In this document: piece by piece, positions 30,101 through 40,100 of the stretch
How the letters are laid out: every line of letters begins with the position of its first letter
Position numbering within the stretch: the first letter of the stretch is position 1
Assembly: GCF_964188315.1 (NCBI RefSeq)
Contig: NC_135659.1
Location: forward strand, 101,742,001 to 101,806,000
Origin: Podarcis muralis
Taxonomy: Eukaryota
Length of the DNA: 64,000 bases
Direction of reading: 5' to 3'
Notes under the pieces: generated by a model
Database searches by the model: none
Told to the model about the DNA's origin: nothing
Seen by the model: the letters and a program-made list of their open reading frames with translations, nothing else
Made by a program: the position numbers and the translations under genes

Positions 30101-31020
30101 GGCGTGTAACATGATGCATCACATGATGTGCCCCTGCAATGTCGAGGGCAAATTGCTGCCCTTATCCACGCAGATACAGGAACCCAGAAGATTCCAAACC
30201 GGTGGGAATTTCTAACCTGGGCTTTCCTTTTCTTTCTGACAGTTGCAATCTTCTCGTCCAGGCTGGTAGCGGATCTCTGCATAAGAGAAAACAAACAAGG
30301 TGAGTGCAGGAGTGGAACCCCAAAGATCAGAAGCTCCAGCAGGATGACCTCATGGGAACCCTGAGGCACGGAGCAACCTTCCCATCTGGACTTTGCAGGT
30401 CTCAGAGAGCAGAGCAGGGGGGACAGAGAGAAGGCCCAGAAACCTTTTTTGCTCCAGAGGAGGATGAAGAAGAATTGGCAGTGGCTTCGGAGAAGCTGCC
30501 CTGCTGGATCAGACCAGAAAGTGGTGGTGGGAGGGGTTTTTTTGGGGGGGGGAGTAATAGCGCAGAGTATGGGCCCCTGCGGAGCCCCCCCCCCCCCGCT
30601 CTCACCTTCCCCTTGAGCTGCCTCAGCACCTCCGCCCAGGGGCCTCCGCTGGGCCCCGCCGACGCCTCGGCGAACGCAAAGCCCGCCGCGAAGTCTCCGC
30701 CGCGGCCGCCTCGGCCCACAGACACCTCCTAGGGGGAGACGAGACAAGAGAGGTGAGCGGAGAAAAGACGGAGCGAGTGAAGAAGGGAGAGAAAGAGGGA
30801 GAAAGAGAGAGAGCGAAAGGGGGAGAGGGAGAAAAGAGGGCGGGAGGGAGAGCAAGGCCCCGCCGGAGAGGAGGAGGACGAGCGGGGCAGGCGCTGCCCG
30901 GCTCTCCCTCCCCGCCGCCCCCTCGCCTACCTCGGTCTCGGAGCCGCTCTCCTCCTCCTCCTCGGCCTCCTCGCCGCCGGGCCCGCCCAGCCTCGCCCGC
31001 CATCCTTCGCCGAGCTCCAT
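21711..31020 (-). CDS. DDX27: DEAD-box RNA helicase DDX27 (Drs1 family), 21 coding exons, 764 aa
   Basis: Exons 30931-31020, 30606-30728, 30217-30276, 28888-29056, 28639-28688, 28434-28520, 26378-26483, 26123-26296, 25873-26023, 25141-25240, 24772-24913, 24073-24226, 23892-23973, 23583-23760, 23368-23474, 22924-23026, 22710-22807, 22468-22597, 22273-22366, 21839-21916, 21711-21729 sum to 2295 nt. Motifs [35 protein letters not shown]; N-terminal FxF motif (GFAF). Confidence 0.96.
25365..25632 (+). mobile_element. CR1-type LINE 3-prime fragment
   Basis: Same family as the 3045 copy; CCTTGGAGGTTTTTAAGCAGAGG, CTAGATG, CCTTCCAACTCTAC. Confidence 0.7.
26926..27075. mobile_element. Degenerate Tc1/mariner-type MITE
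   Basis: Imperfect TIRs CCGTATTTTTCTGTGTATAA / TTATACATGGAAAAATACAA; TA on the left flank. Confidence 0.6.
27078..27140. repeat. Compound microsatellite (AAT)n(ACT)n
   Basis: Read directly from the sequence. Confidence 0.95.
27320..28050 (+). mobile_element. Decayed L2-like LINE (RT remnant plus 3-prime end)
   Basis: Translation [21 protein letters not shown] resembles the LINE RT AFxDLxxAFD region. 3-prime tail TGTGAACCGCCC...ATAAATAAAC. Confidence 0.5.
28132..28306. mobile_element. Tigger-like MITE (175 bp)
   Basis: Perfect 15-bp TIRs CAGTGGAACCTCGGT; TA duplication on both sides. Confidence 0.85.
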
Positions 31021-31311
31021 CGTGGTCTCGGAGGGACCGGAAGTGCAGGGCGCCGGGTGCGCCACGCAGAGCTCCGCCCGTCCGGCGCCCTTTCCCTTCC
31101 GCCGGGGACGGCGACCGGGGCGCAGGGGTTCCTCGGCGGGGCGGGGCCGCCTGGGGGGGGGGGAGAGAAACGAAAGCGAAAGCGGGGGCGGAGCCAGCCG
31201 GGAAGGGGAAAGCGAAAGTCGAAAGTGAGCCGAAAAGGCGGCGGCGGAGGAGGAGGCGGCGCAGAGCCCGGAGGCGCCTCGACGGGACGGAGCGCAGAGC
31301 GGAGAAGAGCC
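31021..31311. promoter_or_regulatory. Compact bidirectional promoter DDX27 / ZNFX1 with tandem IRF/ISRE motifs
   Basis: 291 bp between the two ATGs. GAAACGAAAGCGAAAGC at 31167-31183, GAAAGCGAAAGTCGAAAGT at 31208-31226, CCGGAAGTG (ETS) near 31038, GC boxes; within a CpG island. Confidence 0.8.
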
Positions 31312-34300
31312 ATGGACGGGCGCGGGCGAGGAAGGGGGCAGCAGCAGCGGCGGCCGCGAAGAGGCGGAGGAGCGGGAGGCAGAGGCACAGGTGACAGCCA
31401 CAATTTAATAAGAATAATAATAAGAAGAAGAATTATAAGAAGAATAGTTTATTATTTCTACCCCGCCCTTCTGGCTGGGATTCCCCAGCCACTCTGGGCG
31501 GCCTCCAACAAAAGATTAAAAATACAGCGGTACCTCGGGTTACATACGCTTCAGGTTACAGACTCCACTAAGCCAGAAATAGTGCTTCAGGTTCAGAACT
31601 TTGCTTCAGGATGAGAACAGAAATTGTGCTCCGGAGGCGCGACAGCAGCAGGAGGCCCCATTAGCTAAAGTGGTGCTTCAGGTTAAGAACAGTTTCAGGT
31701 TAAGAACGGACCTCCGGAACGAATTAAGCACTTAACCCGAGGTACCACTGTACATTGACACATCAGTCCTTGAAAGCGGCTGGCCGGGCCAGAGCGGAGG
31801 AGAAGCGCAGCTTTCCGGGACCGGAGGCTCCGCTCAAAGGCTGCGCTTCTCGCCAGAAGTGGGAAGAGGGAGGGGATCCCCAGGGGTCATCTAACTCAAC
31901 CCCCGCAATGCAGGACTCGGAGCATCCCCGACGGATGGCATCCAGCCTCCGAGGAAGGAGGGTCCACCCCTCCCGGAGTCCAAAGAGGGGCTTCTGCGCC
32001 TCGCCTCGCAGGGCGACCACGGGCTGGCGGGGGGGGGGCGTCTCCGCCTTGGTCAGGTTCGGCGTGAGCGGAGAGCCCCGGTCTTCTCCCTTCTGCCGCA
32101 CCGGGATGAGAAAGCGAAAAAAGGAGCCGAGCAATTGCTTCAGCTTTGGCGGCTGGATCTGGTCCAGCGTCCCCTTCCCGCCGCCGGGGAAACCCCGTCC
32201 TGCGGCTCCGGCTCTTGGCAACGGGAGGTTGGGCCGCCCCGCCCGGCCCGGCTCTCCGCCCCCGCCCCCGCCCCCGGTCCATCGTTTCTGGGGGAGGAGC
32301 CGCCAAATGGGAGGAGGAGGAGGGAGCCGCCCAGTTCCCTCCCAGATCCCTCTGGATGCGGCCCCTGGGTGGAGAATTCAGCCCCTGCCTAACTTTGGAG
32401 GGGCGAAGCCAAAGTTATCCCCTGAAGGGGGAGGGGGGCAGCACTGGGGCGAAGCACAGCTTGGGCTTCTGCCCAGAGACTCCCTAACTTCCCTCTTTTC
32501 CTTCTGCAGAGCCTCAAGATGGAGGAGCCTCCCAGCAGAACGCAAGTGGGCAGCGTGAGGGGGTCCCTGGCAGAGCTGCAGAGCGGAGGGCTGGCTCTGG
32601 CCGGACCCCCCACCAGGACGGGGCACGCAACCCCAGCAGGCCGGCTGAGGGGGCACCCAGGTGGCTGGGGGCAGAGGGGAACCGTTTCCCTCGCAGAGGG
32701 GGCGTCTGGCCTGGGGCTGGGGGACAGAACCAGGGAGGGCCGGCCAGGGATGGCCCAGGAAGGCAAAGAGAGGGGGCCCCAAACGCTGACCCCACCCAGC
32801 GGCCCCACGCAGGGCCAGGAGGCTCTCCGCAGCAGCGGGGCCCAATGATCGGCACCCGCTTCCTCCGTGAACTCCTCGAGAAGGACCCTTCGGAGGTGGC
32901 CATCACGCTGGCTTCCAGCCCCCGCCTGCGGGAGGCGCTCTCCCCAGTTGCCATGAGGCCAGACTTGGTACAGCTGCTCTGCCAGGTTCTCCGCAAGGCC
33001 TGCCTCTCCCACATGGACCGCCAGAGCATTCAGCGGCTGCTGGAGACGGTGAAGGAGTCCTCCTTCCTCCGGGTCTGCCTGCCCCAGTACTTGGCCGACA
33101 TGCTGACGGAGGCCCGGCCGGAGGTGCGGCACCAGTGCCCCCAGCACATTGCCAGCGTAGTGGCGCTGGTCCAGGAGCTGGTCAGCATCTTCCCGGCCAG
33201 CTCCCTCCAGAAGGTGGCCCTGCTGATGTCCGTCCTGCCAGGCTCCGTCAACGGCCTCCGGGCCCTGGGGGTGGACTTTCCGGTGGAGCTGGACCAGAGT
33301 CTGGAGAAGCTGCAGGGCTTCATCCAGCACCTCCAGGAGCGCCGGCGCGAGGGCACCTTGCGGGTGGACAGCTGCACCCTCCTCCAGCCCACCGCCCCTG
33401 GCGAGGAAGGGGAGTACCGCGCCATGTCCATCTACCCCACCTACGAGGAGGTGAACCGCGGCCAGAAGCCCTTCCTGCGCCCCAACCTCATCAGCCAGCC
33501 CTACGAGAGCCCCGCCGTTTACCTGGACACCCACTTTCGCCTCCTGAGGGAGGACTTTGTCCGGCCGCTGAGGGAGGGCATCCTCCAGTTCCTCCAGAGC
33601 TTCGAGGAGGCCGGCCCGGGCAGGAGGAGGTTTGACGACATCCGCGTGTACCTGGACGCCCGGATCCTGGCTCCACTCTGCTCCCGGACCGGCATTGACT
33701 ACAAGGTGCACTTTGATTCCACGCCGCTGGGCGCCGTCCGGTGGGAGAACTCCAAGCGCCTGCTGTACGGCTCCCTGGTCTGCCTGTCCAAGGACAACTT
33801 TGAGACCTTCCTCTTTGCCACGGTCTCCGACCGGGAGCCCCAGGAGCTGCGCAAGGGCTTTGTCCACCTCTCCTTCGCCACCCACAGCCAGGCCCTGCTG
33901 GCCGAGGTCCAGCCCTCTGACTCCTTCGTCATGGTGGAGACCACCGCCTACTTTGAGGCCTACCGACACGTCCTGCAGGGGCTGCAGGAGCTGCGGGAGG
34001 AAGACGTCCCCTTCCAGAGGTACATTGTCCACTGCGAGGCCCAGGTGAGGGAGCCGGCTTACCTGCGGAGGGAGCCGGGAAGCAGCCTTTACGACCTCAG
34101 GTGCCTGATGGCCAAGCCTCCCCCTGCTGGGGCGGAAGGAGCCCCTGAGGGCCGTGTGGACGTGCTGGATGCCTCCCAGTGGCCGACCCAGGAAGCCGTG
34201 GGCCTGGATGAGTCCCAGCTGCAAGCCCTGAAACTGGCCCTGACCAAGGAGCTGGCCATCATCCAGGGGCCTCCGGGGACAGGTGAGTCGGGCGTCCCAC

Positions 34301-37100
34301 CCTCCGAGGAAGAGGCGTCTGTTGCAGGAAGTGGGGTTGGGAGGGGGAGCCTTTCACCGCAGAGGAGTTCCAGGATCTCTCCTGGGCCCGAAACCGTATG
34401 TATTTATCACATTTACGTCCCTTGATAGCGGAGTCCCATATAAACTTCGACACACGTCTGAAAGATAACATGCACACGTTGGCAGAGTCAGCAAAAGCAG
34501 GGCTGTGGTGGAATTGTAGCATCAAGCATCTTTATTTACAGCAAAGAAATAAAAGCAACAGTTGTGTGAGCTTCCTCACACATCCTCTCTGTCGGAGATA
34601 GAAAGAACAAAGCAGTTTATCAGCCTGACTTCCATTCGCACATTCATAACAAATGAAATCATCCGGTCTTGTGACCCTTTGCAAAACAGTGAAAAATACT
34701 GACAATTTCCTCCCAGGAGCTCAGGGTGCAACACGCAGAATTCTCCTTCCTGTTTTATCCGCACACCAACCCTGTGGGGTAGGCTAGGCCAAGAGGCAGC
34801 AACTGGCTGCCGAGGTCACACCAAGTGAAGCGCAAGGCCGACATAGGAATTTGAACCCCGGTCTCTCCCAGGTCCTAGTCTGACGCTCGAGAGCCAGTGT
34901 GGTGCAGTGGTTAAGAGCGGTAGTCTCGTAATCTGGGGAACCGGGTTCGCTTCTCTGCTCCTCCACCTGCAGCTGCTGGGTGACCTTGGGCCAGTCACAC
35001 TTCTCTGAAGTCTCTCAGCCCCACTCACCTCACAGAGTGTTTGTTGTGGGGGAGGAAGGGAAAGGAGATTGTGAGCCGCTTTGAGACTCCTGAAGGGGAG
35101 TGAAAGGTGGCATATCAAATCCAAACTCCTCCTCTTCTTCTTCTTCTAACCACTGCACCATCATGCCTCTCCAGATGGAGGCTCAGATTTCTGCCTGAAA
35201 CTGGGGTGGGTGTGTAGTGGAGCCGGCTGGCCGGCTGGATCCTGACACCCCACAAGACCCACTTTTCCGACCCCCCGTCAGTCTGGAATCGGGTGTCTTC
35301 CTTTGCCTCATGGGGTTTGAACCCGAGCCAAGCCACTGCTTGCCTGCAGATCCTGCTTGGAATGGCAGTGAATTGGCTGTGGCATGGGGGATGTGGCTTG
35401 TGACCCCCCCCCCCCAGCTGCTAGCCTTTTATTGCTGGTGGGGGGAAAGGCTGAGGCTGCAGGGGGGCCCTCTGATGCCCCTTGGGGGTTGGCAGTCAGA
35501 GCTTCCTGCTTTGACAGGGCTTTTCCCACAGGGAAGACCTACGTTGGGCTGAAGATCATGGAAGTCCTGCTGAAAAACAAGGCCGCCCGCGGAGAGACCC
35601 CCATCCTCGTGGTCTGCTACACCAACCATGCCCTGGACCAGTTCCTGGAAGGTGGGGGGTTTGCCTGCCCTGGGCAGCAGCACCTTGGCCGGGGGGGGGG
35701 AAGGGGGGGAGAGGAGAGAATAGAGATTGGCGGAATTGGAAGGGACCCTCAAGGGCCATCCAGTCCAACCCTCTGCATTGCAGGAATTACTGAGACTCCT
35801 TTGCAGGGGGGGTCATTGTACGGGTGGTTGCCCATTGTCCTGGCAGTGGCGGGAGGGTGTGGGTCCCCTGCTTAGGTATCCCACCTTGACTTTTACGTCT
35901 CTCCCCCCCCCCAAGGAATCCAGGCGTTCCAGCCGACAGACATCGTGCGGGTTGGTGGCAGGAGCAACAGCGAGAAGTTGAAGCCGTTCACCCTGCAGCA
36001 GCTGCGGGGCAGAAGCGACTTCTGGAGAGGCCTGCCTGGCCACCTCCGGTGGTCCTACAGTGATGTACGTGCGAGGGAGGGGGAGGGGGGCTGGTTTGGA
36101 GGGTGTCATTCGGGGGGGGGGCCTTTGCCCAGGAGAACAGCCAGATCAGCAAAGCACAGGGAAATGGAGGGATCCCCAAGAGTCATCTAGTCAACCCCTG
36201 CAACGCAGAAATCGCAGCCCAAGAACCCCTCCAGTGTAGCCACCCAGCCTCTGTTTAAATACCTCCAAGGAAGGAGAGAGCGCCCCCCCCCTTCTGGGGG
36301 AGTCTGTTACACAGCCAGACACCTCTTCATCTTGGATGCTCAGGCCATTGCCAGAGCTGAGGGCTGCTTTGTCACTGGAGCGCAGCACCTGTGGAAATGC
36401 TGCCTTGGTGCTGAAAGGGAGCTCCACGCTGCCTCCCCAGACCAGGGCCAGAGCTGGAGGTTGGGCGGAGCAGAGGGACAGAGCAGGGCGCCCTTGGGGG
36501 GAGAGCAGTTGGAGGCGCCAGCAGAGGAAGGGCGGGAGCGGAGCTGCCCGGCCGGGCGCCCCCAGCTGTCCTCTGCTGGGTCTTGATCCCTTGCTGGGCT
36601 TTGTCCGCTGGAGGGGCTGACCTGGCCTCTTTTTCCCGAGGGCAGATCACCTGCGAGATGCGGGAGGCCGAGTTCGAACTCAACCGAGGGGCGGCTCAGC
36701 TGGAGTGTGGGCTGCACGGGATTCTGCACGAGAAGCACCTGCGGAGCTGCATCTCCAGCCGGCACTGGGAGAGCCTCGTGAGGGGCCTGGTAAGGAGCAG
36801 GAGGGGCGCACCGGGGGCGGGCATCAGAAGGCGGCCCCGCAAGAAGACACCCCACCAGGATCTCTCCGTCTTAGGGAGCAAGTGCCCCTGGGAAAGCAGA
36901 GGGGGAGCCCCCCAACTCCTCAAGGGCTTCTCCAGCCCCTCAGCTGGAAGCAGCAGAGCAGGGGCCAAAGTCTTGGGCGAGAGTGTGAGCTGTTTGGCTG
37001 CTCTGATGAGTAGGAATTCCTCCCTCAAAGGGGGGGGGCTGATGGGGACTCCAGTCATGGAAGAAACCACCCTATCTATCTATCTATCTATCTATCTATC

Positions 37101-37154
<54 letters not shown>

Positions 37155-40100
37155 TTATTTATTCCATGCAATCGATAGATGCACCTGCTTGAAATTTGTG
37201 TGTGTGTGTGTGTTTATATACAAAGAAACAATCCATAAAAATTCAGAAGGTTGAAAGTTTCTAACCGTCGAGGTTAGGCTTGTCTAAAAAGGAAGTTTTC
37301 AGCAGGCACCAAAAAGAGCAAAGTGGCAGCGTCTGATTGACGTCAAGGGGCAGGGAGTTCCCAAGGGCAGGTGCTGCCACACTAAACCGTCAGCACCCAT
37401 GAAAGACTCATCGCCCTGGAGGGAGATTTTCCCAGGAGAACCTCCTGCTGCAGAGAGACCTCCTGGCTCTCTGGGAGCACGAGGCGGTTGCAAGGGTTCC
37501 CCGCCTGCCCCCGCCCCTCTCGTGGCCCCCGGCTCCTGCTTGCCTTCCTGTCTTGGGGTCCCTGGGACTGTGGCACCTGCCCACCCACCGCTGAGCCAGT
37601 CTGACCTGCTCCTTCTTGCTCCAGGAAGAGGACTGGATGGATCCAAAGCACTCTCTGATCCTGGAGTGGCTGGGACTTGGCGTCACGCCGGTTGAAAACA
37701 TGGCCGATCCAGGATGGCCAGAAAATGCAGGTAAGGGGCTTTCCTTTGGGCAGCTTCTGGGTGGGACAAGGATGAGGTGGCGAGTTTGAGACACGGAAGG
37801 AGCCTGGGGCCTGCCCACTCTCTGCCGCCACCTACCGGTCTCTGTGTGGCCCTTCAGGCGTTGAGGAAGACCAGGAGGCGGAGGAAGGCCCACAGGCAGA
37901 GCCAGAGCTGCTGCAGGTCGTGGAGGAGGCAGACTTGATTCAGCGCGAGCGGCTGCTGGACCACGATGAGGAGGGGCAGCTGCGGAGGAGGAAACCCCCC
38001 AGGCACAACCTGGACGACCTGTTTCTGGCCATGCGGTTGGATGATGAGGAGAAGGGGGAGCAGAGAGCCCCACATGGGGCAGAAAACGCTGGGTTTCAGG
38101 TATTGGGGGGGACGACACAGTGCGTTGCATTGGAGGGGGTGAAAGCTCTGTGGTCGCTGCCCCTGAGGCGGGCAGGACAGGGGTGGCCCCGGCCTCCTCC
38201 TCACCTGCCCGCTTGGGGTTCTCTCTGCAGCTGCAGCGGGGCCGGAAGAAGAAGATGAAGCGACAAGCAAAGGCGGAACTGAAAAAATGGCAGGCGATGA
38301 CCAAAGAGGAGGCTGAGGCCGTCCTGGATGTGTGGCAGCTGAACCTCAGCTCCCGCTGGAAGCTCTACAGGTAATTTCTGCTGCAGGGGCCTCTGGTGCC
38401 CATGCCCACCCCCCTACACCTCCTCTGCTTAAAAACCTCCAAGGATGGAGAGTCTACAACCTCTCGAGGAGACCATTCCAATGTCAAACAGCTCTTATGC
38501 TCAGAAAGTTATTCCTGATGTTGAGTCAGAGTCTCATTTCTTGCAACTTGAAGCCACAGGTTCAAATCCTACCCACCGGAGCAGCAGAAAATAAGCTTGC
38601 TCCCTCTTCTCAGTCCTTGAGATATTTGAAGAGGGGTCTCATATCTCCTCTCAGCCTCCTCTGTTCCACGCCAAACATCCCCAGTTCCTCATAAGGCTTG
38701 GTTTACTGACCCTTGATCATCCTTTTAAAATTGTGGTGCCCAGAATTGGACACAGCATTCCAGGTGTGGTCCGACCAAGGCAGCATAGAGTGGGACTATG
38801 ACGTCCCTTGATCTGGACACTCGACTTCTGTGGATTCACATTTTTTGCTGCTCCATCACACAGTTGACTCGTGTTCAGCTTGTGATCCTTTTCACACGTG
38901 CCACTAGTAAGCCAGGTGTCCCCCCTCCTATGTTGGTGCCCCTGGTTCTTTCTGCCTAAGGGCAGAGCCTGATCTTTGTGCCGCACAGGTACTGGTTGCA
39001 GAAGCACCAAGCTGAGATCCAGCGCGAGATGCTGCAGTACAAACAGAAGTACCAGGCGGCAGCCGACAGGCTGGCTGAGCTTCGCCAGCACCAGGACCTC
39101 TGTGTCTTCAGGACAGCCCAGATTGTGGGCATGACGACCACAGGTGAGGAGGAGGCTGTGTAGCAAGCTGCCCCCCACACCCTGGGGTGCCCACCTGTGA
39201 CGGGGGGGGGGGGGAGAGAAGAGGAGCCTCTCTCACCTGCTTCCTTGCCCAGCTGCAACACAACACGCCTGCAGTGCTGCCTGTGGGCCTTACTCTCCGG
39301 TAGTTGCTGCCGTTGCCCTCACACTTCCTCCAGTTGGAGAGGGGGCTGGGAGGCAGAAGCCTGGCAGACTGGCTTGGAGGCAGAGGGGGCAGAGATCAGG
39401 GCGTCCCCTCACCCCCCCCTCTCACCCCAGGAGCCGCTCGGTACCGCCAGGTCCTGCAGCAGGTGGCCCCTCGCGTGGTCATTGTGGAAGAGGCGGCCGA
39501 AGTCCTTGAGGCCCACGTCATCACCACCCTGAGCAGGGCCTGCCAGCACCTCATCCTCATTGGAGACCACCAGCAGGTAGGTGGGAGGGTGGGCCAGCTG
39601 AGGGGCGGGGTCTGCTGGCCTTGGGCCCCACCCCTTCTCCCCCGCCCCCCACCCCACGGGCTCCATCTTCCTTGTTTCCTTGCAGCTGCGCCCCAGCGCC
39701 AACGTCTACGACCTGGCCAGGAACTTCCACCTGGAGGTATCTCTCTTTGAGCGGCTGGTGAAGGTCGGTCTTCCCTTCGTCCGCCTCGCTTTCCAGGTGA
39801 GGCACAAGCAGGCCCCCCCCCCCGGCCCCCTCCCCTCCCTCGCTCTGTGGAGGCTGCTGGATCAGGCCAAAGGGGGCTCAGCCGGTCCAGCGGCCTCTTC
39901 TCCGAGAGGCCCAGCAGATCTCCAAAGGGACACCCACAAAGTCGGGATCTGGGTGCAAGAGCACTGGCTCCCCTTGGGGGTGTTGCAGGAGCTGGGATTG
40001 GGAAGCATTGACAGCCTCCAAATGGGGGTTTCTCTCTTTCACGCACAAGCGAGGAACGAGGGGAGAAGAGCTGGGAGCCTTTCCTGCCTGGCTGGGGGCA

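Noticed and set aside
29635-31401. 588-aa minus-strand ORF through the DDX27 start
   Set aside because: Runs through introns and a stop-poor CpG island; only the 30 codons at 30931-31020 match spliced DDX27. The upstream ATG lies beyond ZNFX1 exon 1.
32389-34224. 611-aa antisense ORF
   Set aside because: Mirror of GC3-rich ZNFX1 exon 2 codons; no recognisable domain.
38225-38236. Tandem acceptor CAGCTGCAG at ZNFX1 exon 8
   Set aside because: Would shift only two residues; no evidence of use.
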